Origin: Octopus bimaculoides
Lineage: Eukaryota
Assembly (NCBI RefSeq): GCF_001194135.2
Contig: NC_069003.1
Location: 27,479,431-27,512,364, forward strand
Reading direction: 5' to 3'
Length of the DNA stretch: 32,934 nucleotides
A program made the translations under genes and the position numbers. Every line of letters begins with the position of its first letter. Within the stretch, counting starts at the first letter, position 1. Positions 8,486-19,895 of this stretch are shown piece by piece. The notes beneath the pieces are model-generated. The model made no database searches. It saw only the letters and a list, made by a program, of their open reading frames with translations, and had not been told where the DNA came from.

Positions 8486-8899
8486 ACTTACGTATGCAAT
8501 CCGACCGTGGCTTAGCTGACTCTGTGTGTGTGTGTGTGTTTGTGTATGTGTTCGTCTATGTGTGTTCGCGTGCGTGTGTATGTATATATGTATGCATGTA
8601 CGTCTGTATATACTTATGTATATATGATGTATTTTTGGTTCTAGTGTTCACACGTAGTCGATTTGTGTGTGTAGTCTGTTAATTATGAACACCTGACAAG
8701 AAGCCAAATGCGAACGAATGAAAGAATGAGCTGACAGTGGAAAACTCTTGGGGAATAAACCATTCCAAAAACAATTAAATCACGGGAAAGAGAAGTTTAT
8801 TTGTAATTAAATGCTGAACATTGAATTTCGGATAATGTGGACTCTAGCTATGAGAATGTCTTGATTTACTGGCCATATTTAGTGGATTAACTGATAGGA

Positions 8900-9410
8900 T
8901 AAAGAGACATGGAAGGAGAGAAAAGGGGAAAAGGAAGAGATGAAATAGAGAAAGAAGTGGGGAGAGAAAGGGAGTGCGAGAGAGAGGGAAAAAGAGAAAG
9001 AGAGAGAATAAGAGAAGCGAATAAAGTGTGATAGAAGAGAAAGAAAAGAAAGAAGGTAGATGAGAAAAGAAAGAGAAGAGGGAGGAATGAAAAGACAGAA
9101 ACAAGGACAAAAGTGTGAATTTGTGTGTGTGTGTGTGTGTTTGTGTGTGTGCGTGTGTGTGTAGATTTACACACACATACACACACACACGTGCGCGCGC
9201 ACGCAAATAGAGAAACACACCCATACAGGCGCAGACTATATAGAAGTTTGCTCTGCAACCATGTGGTTGCGAGTTCAGTCCCACTACGAGGTACCTTGAA
9301 TAAGTATCTTCTACTATGGCTCCAAGCTGATCAATATCTTGTAAGTGGATATGTTTGGCGGAAATCGTGTGGAAACCCACCATGTCTCTCTCTCCCTTCT
9401 CTCTCTCTCT

Positions 9411-9440
<30 letters not shown>
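8900..9440. repeat. Low-complexity GA-rich, (TG)/(CA) and (TC)n tracts around a SINE head
   Basis: Direct reading. Confidence 0.85.
9228..9378 (+). mobile_element. SINE family B 5' (tRNA-derived) part
   Basis: CAACCATGTGGTTGCGAGTTCAGTCCCACTACGAGGTACCTTGAATAAGTATCTTCTACTATGGC; complement of the 10062-10172 copy. Confidence 0.7.
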
Positions 9441-9441
<1 letters not shown>

Positions 9442-9527
9442 CAGCCTACCACCCCCGGTAATCTGAACGCGATTTTAAGTTACCGGGAGGTAAGCTGAAT
9501 GTGGGTAGATAATCTGATACCGTTACA

Positions 9528-9622
9528 CCGAGGCAATAGTAGAAGACACTATCTCAAGGTGTCGCGCTGTGGAACTGAAATCAAAATCACGTGGTTGCAA
9601 AGTGACCACACAGCCAAACCTA
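9528..9622 (-). mobile_element. SINE family B head
   Basis: CCGAGGCAATAGTAGAAGACACTATCTCAAGGTGTCGCGCTGTGGAACTGAA...CCACACAGCC. Confidence 0.7.
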
Positions 9623-9667
9623 TGATGATCTTCTATGCAGTTAATCTGTCAATATGCTTATATGTCA

Positions 9668-10046
9668 AAGGTGGCGAGCTGGCAGAATCGTTAACACGCC
9701 GAGCGAAATGCTTAGCGGTATTTCGTCTACCGTTACGTTCTAAGTTCAAATTCCGCCGAAGTCGACTTTGCTTTCACCCTTTCGGGGTCGATAAATTAAG
9801 TACCAGTTGCATCCTAGGGTCGATCTAGCCCCTCTCCCAAAATTTCGGGCCTTGTGCCTAAAGTAGAGAAGAATATTTATATTTCGTCTGTCTTTACGTT
9901 CTGAGTTCAAATTCCGCCAAGGTCGACTTTGCCTTTCATCCTTTTGGGGTCGATAAATTAAGTACCAGCTGCATACTGGGGTCGATCTAATCGATTGGCA
10001 CCCCTCCCCCAAAATTTCGGGCCTTGTGCCTAGAATAGAAAAGAAT
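9668..10046 (+). mobile_element. SINE family A dimer with 17 bp flanking direct repeat
   Basis: Two cores (9668-9874, 9881-10046); AATCTGTCAATATGCTT at 9643-9659 and 10044-10060. Confidence 0.85.
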
Positions 10047-10061
10047 CTGTCAATATGCTTT

Positions 10062-10172
10062 GGTCGGCCCGAGACTATAGTAGACGACACTTGCCAAAAG
10101 TGCCACGCAGTGGAACTGAACCCGGAACCATGTGGTTCGGAAGGAAGCTTCTTACCACACAGTCACGCCTTG
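10062..10172 (-). mobile_element. SINE family B head
   Basis: GGTCGGCCCGAGACTATAGTAGACGACACTTGCCAAAAGTGCCACGCAGTGGAACTGAACCCGGAACCATGTGG. Confidence 0.8.
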
Positions 10173-11140
10173 TAAGATATCTTGAAATGAAACTGAATAA
10201 TAACATACATACATACATACATATACACGTATATTTACATGTGTGTGTATGTATAATGCACACGTGTGTGCACTTGTATAGGAATATTTGTTCAAGGTTT
10301 TTGCCGGTTGAAATATGCTTGGGGCATATTCGAATATGCCTGAAGCAAATCTGAACTGGTAATAACCATGTTTTTATACACATCACCGCTTAGCACTACC
10401 ATCCAGAAATATTTGTGTATTCATCACAATAAAAGCTTCCAAAATGCGCGCGTGGTGAATTTTTCGCAAAATATTTGTGTTTATATTCCCTTAGGTCACA
10501 ATGAATATGTATGCATGTATGTATGTATCTATCTGTGTGTCTCTGTGTCTGTCTGTCTCTATCTATCTGTCTGTCTGTCTGTCTGTCTAGCGAACTAGCT
10601 TGTTATCTACATACACGGGGGCGCGTATGTACAAACACACATGCATACATGCTTACATACACACACACACATGTATGTATGTATGTATGTATGTATGTAT
10701 GTATGTATGTGTACTAATTTTAAATCAGCAGCTATGCGCGTGTGTATTCTGTAACTTCAGCTCATTTCTACGTAACAATCACTTGATATTGCAATGTCCA
10801 TAATTAAAACGTTATTGTCAATGACACGAGGTTTCTCATCTGCTTTCTAATTGTCCATCTCTATATTATATTCCCATTGTATAAGTATTTTCACATGATC
10901 ACTTTCTAAGACGTGTCACGGAGCTTTGTCTCGAACCAGTTGACACTGAATAACTAAAAGTATGTTGAGCAGCTTTGCTATATGACTGTGTTTCCACGCG
11001 TGTTTTGTCGAATGAAAGCTGGTCTTGAATACCTTGGTACAGTTTGGTGTATAGTTTCAGAAAAACACACCTCAGTGCGTGACATTTGTAATCATTATCT
11101 GCTGGAGGATTGAATATTAATTTCAATATACTGGCAGATT

Positions 11141-11356
11141 AAGGTGGTGAGCTAGCGGAATAGCAAGCAGGCCAGAGAAAATGTTTAACAGCATTTCATC
11201 CGTCTTAGCGTTCTGAGTTCAAGTTCTGCCGAGGTTGACTTTGCCTTGCATCGTTTCGCGGTCGATAAATTAAGTACCAGTTGCGTACTGGGGTCGATCT
11301 AATTGACTGGACTTCCCACGCCAAAAATTTCGGGCGTTGTGCCTAGAGTAGAAAAG
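11141..11356 (+). mobile_element. SINE family A
   Basis: Head, GAGTTCAAGTTC, core and GCCTAGAGTAGAAAAG tail. Confidence 0.8.
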
Positions 11357-11372
11357 AATATACAAGCAGAAT

Positions 11373-11586
11373 AAGGCGGCGAGCTGGTAGAATGGGTAGC
11401 AGGCCGGACAAAATGCTTAGCGGCATTTCATCCGTCTTAGCGTTCTGAGTTCAAATCCCGCCGAGATTGACTTTGCCTTTCATATGCTCGGGGTTGATAA
11501 AATAAGTACCAGTTGCATACTGGGGTTGATGTAATTGAGTTACACTCTCCCCCAAAATTGTAGGCCTGGTGCCAAAATTTGAAAGC
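11373..11586 (+). mobile_element. SINE family A
   Basis: AAGGCGGCGAGCTGG head, GAGTTCAAATCCC, core and GTGCCAAAATTTGAAA tail. Confidence 0.8.
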
Positions 11587-12082
11587 AATATACAGGCAGA
11601 CATCAACTTACGTCGTGGTAATGGCTTCCAAGATATGCGATTTAAATTCGAAAAATGACGTAGCACGAAAGAAACATTTAATAAATTTTATTAGCTTATA
11701 TCTGTTTCAATGAAAGGTTAATGCATATTTTCACATGCATTTTGGTTGATTTTCTATTTCAGTAATGGGTTTTAGGTACTTTTTATGCTTACAAAAGGAA
11801 AGAAAATAAAGAAAATAAAGATAAAATACGATGTATACTAAAATAGATGTTACTTGAAACGACCTAAGTCGAGGTATGTCGCTGTTTATAGTGGCAACGG
11901 CTTCTTGTAGCGCGAATGTTACTATTTACTAATTGCAGGATATTTAATTATAGTGATTGATTATCCCACAGTGTTACTAAGGAAAATATAAAGACACCAT
12001 GCATGGATACCACACCGTACCTCACAACATTTGTAGGAGGGAACCACGGTGTTGTATAATTCGCTAAACTGTTTTAGACTCC

Positions 12083-12552
12083 ATGCAAAACAAATCCATA
12101 CAGTCTCTGTTTCACTCTATACAATACACTGTCCATTCCATACAATACATATATTTCACTCCCCGCAACACACGTTTTACTCTAAATAATATTTCATTCT
12201 ATACAACACATATTTTACTCCATGCAACACATATTTCACTCCATACCACACAGTTCTCTTCAAACAACTCATATTTCATTCTATACCACATATATTTCAC
12301 TCCACACAACGCACGTATTTCACTCCATGCAAGGCACATTTCACGCTAAACAATACATATTTCACATCAAACAATACAATTTTCACTCTATATGACACAT
12401 ACTTCACTCCATACCACACACATTTGACTTCAAACAACACATATTTCATGTCATACAACACCTATTTCACTCCATACAGTACATAATTCATTCCACACAA
12501 CACATATTTCGCTTCATACAACATACATATTCCACACAATACAGCACACACT
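12083..12552. repeat. Degenerate ~21 bp minisatellite (ATATTTCACTCCATACAACAC-like), roughly 20 copies
   Basis: Recurring ATATTTCAC / CCATAC / CAACAC at about 21 bp spacing. Confidence 0.8.
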
Positions 12553-12824
12553 TCGGTATTTCTGTTGCTCTATTCAGACCGATTATAATTTTTACTTCTT
12601 AGTTTAAATGTTGAGCATCGTGTATTGGCCAAGAAAGATCACGATTGCAGAACTTTGATTACCAAACCATTATTTCAATACCTTTTGTTTCATAGCTATT
12701 GTTTCAAAATTACACATTTCAATCAAATTATTGTCGATGCCACGCCCCTGTCTGGCTGAGCTTTTATCCTTTCTCTGTTAGGTAATCACCAAGACACAAA
12801 TATCTAAAATAATAATAATGATAA

Positions 12825-13225
12825 CGAGCAAGTATAAAGATCTTGAAATAGAAATTAGCAAAATGTGGAACCTGAAGACTAAAACAATATCCGTTGTCAT
12901 AGGTACCCCAGGAATGATAGTAAAAGGGGCTGATTGCTACCTAGCTCAGATACCAGGAAACCCCCAAATGACAGAAATCCAAAAGATACTGCTCAAGAGA
13001 ACTGCCCATATCGTACGTAAAATACTGTCTATGTAATCTCAAATTTTAAAACAAACACATAATTTTCTTATGGTTTCTTAAACATTCTCTAGAACAACAC
13101 TATGTACAAAACCAAATATATGACACTCTAGGCATAACACCAACATGAACTTTTAACTTGTCTCTTGAGGTCTGCGGGTGAGACTTGGAGCCAACTTGTA
13201 TAAATGCAAAGCAAAAGCCAACATT
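12825..13225 (+). mobile_element. 3' end of an RLE-type non-LTR retrotransposon (ORF C-terminus plus 3' UTR)
   Basis: SKYKDLEIEISKMWNLKTKTISVVIGTPGMIVKG...IPGNPQMTEIQKILLKRTAHIVRKILSM* fits the KxxKY...W...PVVIG.LG...Q...TAHIxRK RLE C-terminus; stop at 13036. Confidence 0.85.
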
Positions 13226-13640
13226 AGCCTGTGGTTCTCATGGTTTCTGATCTTAACTGATTGGAAGTGTTATCATGTACGTTTTGTCTTAAGTGTAAAA
13301 GATAGGCGACAGCAAATATTTGGCTTAATACAACAAATTTGCTTGTCACTTGCTTGAACCTTAGTGGCTGACGATCTCTGATTACGAGCAGGAGTAGTGG
13401 GGGAGCATCATAGCTATGCGTTGAGAGAGATTCTTTGGTCTTTGAATAGTCCATCTCTGGAAACATGGGTCTTTTGTTCAACATCGTTAAACAACCCTTA
13501 TTCAGGCACCTTTTGAGCGAAATGGGCTACTTGAGCTGAAGAAAATTCTAATTGGTCCCCACTTGCAAGGTCATGAGCTGTTTATCTTCATATGAGATCA
13601 CCTTGTCGCTCACACATGGCTGTGATGTATGTGCCTCGTG
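13226..13640. mobile_element. Unclassified interspersed repeat
   Basis: Resembles from recall an abundant octopus repeat (AAACAACCCTTATTCAGG...GAAGAAAATTCTAA...); no second copy in the window. Confidence 0.35.
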
Positions 13641-13661
13641 TACTTTTAATAAACGGATAGC

Positions 13662-13758
13662 CAACCTCGACGGAATTTGAACTCAGAATGTTAAAACGGA
13701 TGGAATACTGCTAAGCATCTTTCCCGGTGTGCTAACGATTCTGCCATCTCACTGCCTT
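13662..13758 (-). mobile_element. SINE family A head fragment
   Basis: GGAATTTGAACTCAGAATG...GTGCTAACGATTCTGCCA. Confidence 0.75.
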
Positions 13759-14134
13759 ATTAAGGATAATAATACCCGAGAAATCGTAAATATTTTGCGA
13801 TTAGTATACATTCTCAAAACGGTCATGAGCGCTGTTCTTGCCCCTTCACTCCTCCAATAAGACAAATTCAAAAAAAAAAAAAAAAAAAAATTATCGAAAA
13901 CAAAATTATTTCAAAATATCAATTTGTGTAATTTTGAATATATAAAACCCAAAATCTTAAACTGAATCCATTTCGTTGTTCAGTTTAATATGTTGGTGTT
14001 GATGTTTATTAATAAGTAATGCTTGATCGAGGTAGATTTTGATCAGAGTCACTCCAGTCGACCCCATCCCATCATTCTTTCTAGGCTGAGTGTATCCATG
14101 ACAACATCATCCTGTCTTTAGGGACGGCTGGAAG

Positions 14135-14632
14135 TCGTACTACTACTACTACCACCACCAATACTACTATCACCACTAGCATCACTGCAACAAACACTAC
14201 TCTACTATCACCGCTACACCAAAGCACAACTACCTTTACCATCACCGCCAGCAGCACCATGAGTACCACACACACACACACATACGATGGACTTCTTTCA
14301 GTTTCTGTCTACCAAATCCACTCACAACTTCCACCACCATCACCACTGCCGCCACCGCCAGCACCACAAAACATCCAACCACCACCACCATCGCCGCCGC
14401 TTGTACCGCCGCCGTCACAACTACACCTGCACATTAAATACCGATATATTTACAGTGACAGTGATGTGTCTGCATGTAAGATTATTATTATTCAATGGTA
14501 AAAGTTGGTTGGTTCCCCTGCTCCTTACTGGAAGCATTTCTCTCTCTTGTACATAAAGTACGAGAGAGAGAGAGAGAGAGAGAGAGCAAATGAGATGGAA
14601 AGAGAGAGTGAAGAAATATATATATATATACG

Positions 14633-14668
<36 letters not shown>

Positions 14669-14845
14669 CGGAGAAAAAGAGAGAAGGTGCGTGTGTGAGA
14701 TAAATTACTCTCCATGAAATACAAATTCTAATCCAACAATCGCATTAGTTGTAGAATTTATGTCATGTAAGATTTAAAAAATACAAATGTTTTGTGGGGA
14801 GAAGAGAGAAAGGAGTAAGGCAGCTAGATAGATAGATGGATAAAC

Positions 14846-14876
<31 letters not shown>

Positions 14877-15330
14877 AAGGGGTAGAAAGAGAAATTGATA
14901 GATGACTAACTAGATAGATGAATAGAATTATAGACAAACAGATAGATAGATAGACAGGGCAAGCGATAGATGCATACGTACATGCTGAGATAGAAAGTGA
15001 GATAGATAGATGGAGAGATGTATCGATAGGTGTATGGAAAGAAAGATTAAATAGTGAAACTGATAGAAAGGTAGGCTGGTAAACATATATTAATAGATAG
15101 ATAAATGGATGGATGGATGGATGGATGGATGGATGGATGGATAGATAGTTAGATAGATAGATAGGTGAGGAGGATAACTTAATAGATAGAATAGGTAGAA
15201 AGACTAACAGGTGCCCAGATACACAATCACACAAACAGATACGTTGATTCACCTGGAGATAGATATGTGAGGAGAAAGACAAACTTAGAGAGCTAGGTAG
15301 TCACACACACACACACACACACACAGTATT
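14135..15330. repeat. Microsatellite cluster: ACT/ACC/GCC triplets, (GA)n, (TG)n, (GATA)/(GATG)n, (CA)n
   Basis: Direct reading. Confidence 0.9.
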
Positions 15331-15764
15331 TATAAGGCAGGTGATACCTTACCACATAACGAATATTTTCTTGCATCGCTTCAAAGGTTAGAGTGAACAT
15401 ATAAGAGAATAAGATGGTGTATAAATTGTGGACAAGAAGAAGGCTTTAAGTTAAATAACAGGGAGCTCACCTCGCGTAGGCGTTTGAACGTGTTTTCCAT
15501 AGAGAAATGTTAAGTTAAGATGAATAATAATAACGCTAAGTGAAGATGTTGAATTAAAGATCTAGAAGTTAGTTATTGTTTTGTTGGTGGCAATAAGGAA
15601 AGGGTGAGAAGATAGAGAGGAAGTGTTAGGAATAGTAGATAGATAAAGGGAGAGAGAGAGAGAGACAGAGAGAGAGAGAGAGAAAGAGAGAGGAACAGAC
15701 AGACAGATGGGTGAAGGACTGGGAGTAAGAGAGGAAAATTATATGAATGGAATTAAAGTATAGC

Positions 15765-15830
15765 TTTTTCTTCTTTTACTTATTCTAGTCACTGGACTGC
15801 GGCCATGCTAGGGTACCACCTCGAAAGGTT
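15765..15830 (-). mobile_element. SINE 3' tail fragment
   Basis: TCTTTTACTTATTCTAGTCACTGGACTGCGGCCATGCTAGGGTACCACC. Confidence 0.65.
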
Positions 15831-15894
15831 TATTTAAGTCCAACACGCTTGCGCACGCGCACACACATGCATACAAACACAAACGATACACGTG

Positions 15895-16060
15895 CTTTTC
15901 TCGCACTATCCTTTTCCTTCTCTCCGGATTTTTCCTCTTTCCTCTGTTTGACGAAGAGCCATGTTCGAAACGTTGCCCACTTCTCCCTTTCTTCATCTTA
16001 AACGTTCTATAAGCGTCAATCTAATACATTCACCGTGTATGTTCTTTTGACTTTTGTTGT
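15895..16060 (+). mobile_element. Second copy of the family 4 short repeat with a variant hammerhead-like core
   Basis: GTTTGACGAAGAGCCATGTTCGAAACGTTGC at 15946-15976; stem II GAGC/GUUC; stem I only 2 bp. Confidence 0.45.
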
Positions 16061-16117
16061 TTTTGTCTTTCCTGTTCCTGTTTTTATTTTTGATTTACAC
16101 ACACACACGCACGCACG

Positions 16118-16174
<57 letters not shown>

Positions 16175-17199
16175 GAAGGTCTGGCTTTCGTTAGGAGTGG
16201 TCCACATAACCATTCATGATACAGAGACTGGGGTCCTATTTCAGTTCGGGAGTAAATTGTCATCACATGTCACTTGGTCGCAAACACATGTCATCTAAGA
16301 CATCACCCAGTGATCTATCAAGTCCATTTACACATTTCTCAATACATACCGCTGTTATGACTTCCTTCTTTCATCTTGTGCCTCCATCGTAGATGGGTAG
16401 ATTTGCTAGTAAAAGGAATGGGATTAATGAAAGATATCATGTATACTATGAAGAATATCATGTATGTAATGAGGAATATCATTTAAATGATGGGGGAAAT
16501 GATGTATTAATGAATGATATCATGCAATAATTTTGGCAATAATAATGTAATAATCACGTTCAGTGATGATGTTTATTCAAGTAATGATATCTTAGACAAA
16601 CAAAAAGCCTGAAATTTTAAACTGATAGGCTTTTATTTTATCGATCCTTTCTGTAACGAAACAATGAAAAAGTGAAGGCGCACCAAACTGGGTTTGAACT
16701 CAAAACTTAAATGGGGTTGCCAAAAAGAAATCAATTAAGAAGAGCAGCAGCTCCTCGTCCTCGTCCTCGTCCTCCTCATCATCGTCGTCGTCCTCCTCCT
16801 CCTCCCAGTGACCACTACCACCAGAATAATAACAATAATTATCGGATATGCTGTATTCTGAAACCAGATCACGCAACCAGGTTATGAGGTTGTTGTTATT
16901 GCCGTTGTTACTGCTGTTGTTGTTGTTGTTGTTGTTTGTTGCTGCTGTGATATGAGATATTAAACTAAGGTGAAGCGCATAGTCTAGTCAAGCGAGGAAG
17001 ATGCTGTCACTTCACTTAATCTAAATTACATTTCGATTCAGCCATTTCTACTGTGAACAATGTTATAAACAACTCATAATATATACAATGCTATTCTGTT
17101 TGAGCTGAATCAAAGTCAAAGAGCAGCAGGCATAATCCGTCGCCCGGTCTAACGCCACCACATGGTCCTCAAATGCTTTCAGCCGAGCCCACTCCATTT

Positions 17200-17420
17200 T
17201 ATGTTTTATTTGTTAGTTTGTTTCAGTCGTTGGACTGCACCCATTCTGTTGCGTCAGCTTGAGGGGTTTAATTGAGAAAATCGATAGCAGCACTTCATTT
17301 TGCTTTTAGTTTGGTATGTAATCTGTCAGTCTCTTTTGCCGAATCACACAGCTACGGGAATGTAAACAAACCAACACTGGTTGTCAAGGGATGATGGGGG
17401 TACAAACAAACAAACAAACA
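17200..17420 (-). mobile_element. SINE family B 3' half
   Basis: TTTCAGTCGTTGGACTGC...GTCTCTTTTGCCGAATC...GTAAACAAACCAACACTGGTTGTCAAGGGATGATGGGG. Confidence 0.65.
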
Positions 17421-17431
17421 CACGCAAACAT

Positions 17432-17624
17432 ATTCTTTTATTCTTTTACTTGTTTCAGTCATGTGACTGCAGCCATGCTGGAGCACCGCCTTAAGGGAGT
17501 GGATTAGTCGATTACATGTTTCAATGGTACTTAATTTGTCGACCCCAAAATGATGAAAGGCAAAGTCAACCTTGACGGAATTTGAACTCGGTACGGAGCG
17601 GCGTGCTAACGATTCTGCCAGCTT
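17432..17624 (-). mobile_element. SINE with family A head/core and the B-type tail
   Basis: TTCTTTTACTTGTTTCAGTCATGTGACTGCAGCCATGCTGGAGCACCGCC joined to GACCCCAAAATGATGAAAGGCAAAGTCAACC...GCTAACGATTCTGCCAGC. Confidence 0.8.
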
Positions 17625-17953
17625 GGAAGGATGTGAAAGATTCCAGCTGTGATCGTTATATATTTTTTTAGACACGTTACATTATCAAATTTTTACTAAG
17701 ACAGTTAGGTAAAATTTGAGAGATTTTTGTCTGCTACTTCTAGCATGACAAGCGACCACATAGAGGCTCCTTTGCAAGTTTGAGAAACTTCAGCACGCAC
17801 AGTAAAACGTCAAATACTCTTTTATTTTTCCTCGGCTAAAACTTAGCCAAATGGTATTTTTTTCCCCCTGCAAATCAGCCTATTCTGACATTGAAAAAGT
17901 AGAATAAATACACCATTAATTAAGAATGTTGATGATTTAAGGATTTCTGTTAG

Positions 17954-18195
17954 TCAGAATTCTAGCCACTATTTTCTTTTGTTATTTTGTTTATTTTCCT
18001 TTGTTTTTATACCGAATACAATGCAACATTCGTTAGATGTTCTTTGTTTTTCAAGTTTAAACGAAAAATCGCAAATAAATAGATAAAAAAGAAAGAAAGA
18101 GAGTAGCAGTGAGCTAAAAGTAGCAATCTCTCTTTGGTTTCTCGAAGGCCGACACAAGACAAATTGTTTAAGTTAGATGGATGGAACAAGAGGAT
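17954..18195 (+). repeat. Direct repeat copy 1 (~240 bp)
   Basis: Aligns to 19665-19895 with one ~12 bp indel and scattered substitutions. Confidence 0.9.
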
Positions 18196-18684
18196 TTGTT
18201 AAATTCCAGAAGACAGCGTATTGTATCATAAATTCTAATCAGACAACAGCCATAGATATATCAAGACTTGGAAATAATAGCTTACGCAACATGGTGGAAA
18301 TCAAATAATTCTGTGAGTAGTTTTTATTTCGCAACCACATGGTTCCGTGTTTGGCTTGACTGCCCAGTAATTTGGACAAGTATCTTCTTTTCATTAGCTA
18401 CTGAAGTAGAAACAGCGGAGTTTCTTTGCCAAAGTCTTAAATTAATAAAATTCGGCTGTTTGGCCTATAGTTGTCTTTATTTCGTATTTCCTGTTTCCTT
18501 GATCTTAAACTCAAGAATTTTCCTGTATGCGTGCTCGTGTGCGCGTGTGTATATATGCATGTATGAATGTATGCATGTCATTATTCAGTTATATTTCAAG
18601 ATTTCCTGCCAATAGAGAAAGAACTAGTTTCTAACCTAGATCCAAAGCTCATTCACTAGAATTTCAACACCAACAGGATATTTT

Positions 18685-18710
18685 TGTATGTATGTATGTA
18701 TGTATGTATG

Positions 18711-18744
<34 letters not shown>

Positions 18745-18912
18745 TGTATATGTGCATTCGTATGTTTATGTATGTACATATGTAGATTTGTATGTTCATG
18801 TATGTATATGTGCAGATTTGCATGTTTATGCATGTATGTATGTATATATATGTGTGATGTATGTGTGTGTCTATGTGTGTGTGTGTGTGTGTGTGTGTGC
18901 GTGCGTGCTCGC
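18685..18912. repeat. (TATG)n/(TG)n compound microsatellite
   Basis: Direct reading. Confidence 0.95.
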
Positions 18913-18943
18913 GTGAAATATGTATATCTAGACAACTGATATA

Positions 18944-19030
18944 CCGTATTTTCCGGCATACCGTTCGAATTCTTCAGACCAAAATTTGCAGTAAGAAGAC
19001 AAAAAACAAAAGAGGTCGACTTATACACTT
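18944..19030 (+). mobile_element. Possible Tc2/pogo-like DNA transposon terminus
   Basis: TA|CCGTATTTTCCGGCATA start and GAGGTCGACTTATACAC subterminal motif; no partner end found. Confidence 0.3.
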
Positions 19031-19664
19031 AGACAACTTTGTAGGACCAAAAATTCCATGTGAAATGAAGCAAGATTTGGGAAGACAGTAAAAATGTTTG
19101 AATGTTTAGGTTACATGCTTACACTACATCGATTTGTATGTCAGAAAATACGGTGTAAACGGGAAAAAATCTCCCACTTTGCAAACACAATATTGACAGC
19201 CACTGGACATCAACGCAATATGCAAAAGTCATCAATGCAATTCGCAAAATTCTTCACGGATGTCAAAAATGTTGCACAGAAGAGGTAACAGCTCTTTATT
19301 TTCTAAAATATCCATTATTTAGTCGACAATTAATGTCAAAGAGCCCGACTTGAAATTTCTTGCGCTATTTCTTTGATTACTGATGCTACTGTAGATAGAA
19401 ACAAATACATTCTGAACATCTTGATGTAAATATTTTTCGTTCTGGGTGTCCTTTCCTTATCTACTCCCTGGCAACAGGGTCATGTGTGGATATCATGCCT
19501 TTGGAAAATCTATTGCAGTGCCGTTAATCATAAAACAGAGGCCAAGAGCTTCGTTGGTAATGGAGAGTACAGGCATATTCTTTTCTGGAGGATGGAATAG
19601 TCACAATTCCGTATTATACTCAACGCCATATTTTCAATCGAGAAAGCCTGTCTTGATAAATTAT

Positions 19665-19895
19665 TCAGAATTCTAGACACTATTTTCTTTTATTTTCCTT
19701 TTGTTTTTATACCGAATACAATGAAACATTCGTTAGGTGCTCTTTGTTTTTTAAGTTTAAATGAAAAACCACAAATAAATAGATAAAAAGAAAGAAAGAA
19801 AGTAACAGTGAGCTAAAAGTAGTAATCTCTCTTTGGTTTCTCGAAGGCCGACACAAAATAAATTGTTTAAATTAGATGGATGGAAGAAGAGCATT
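19665..19895 (+). repeat. Direct repeat copy 2 (~230 bp)
   Basis: See 17954-18195. Confidence 0.9.

Noticed and set aside
12083-12552. CRISPR-like array
   Set aside because: Units are degenerate and contiguous with no unique spacers; eukaryotic context; no cas genes.
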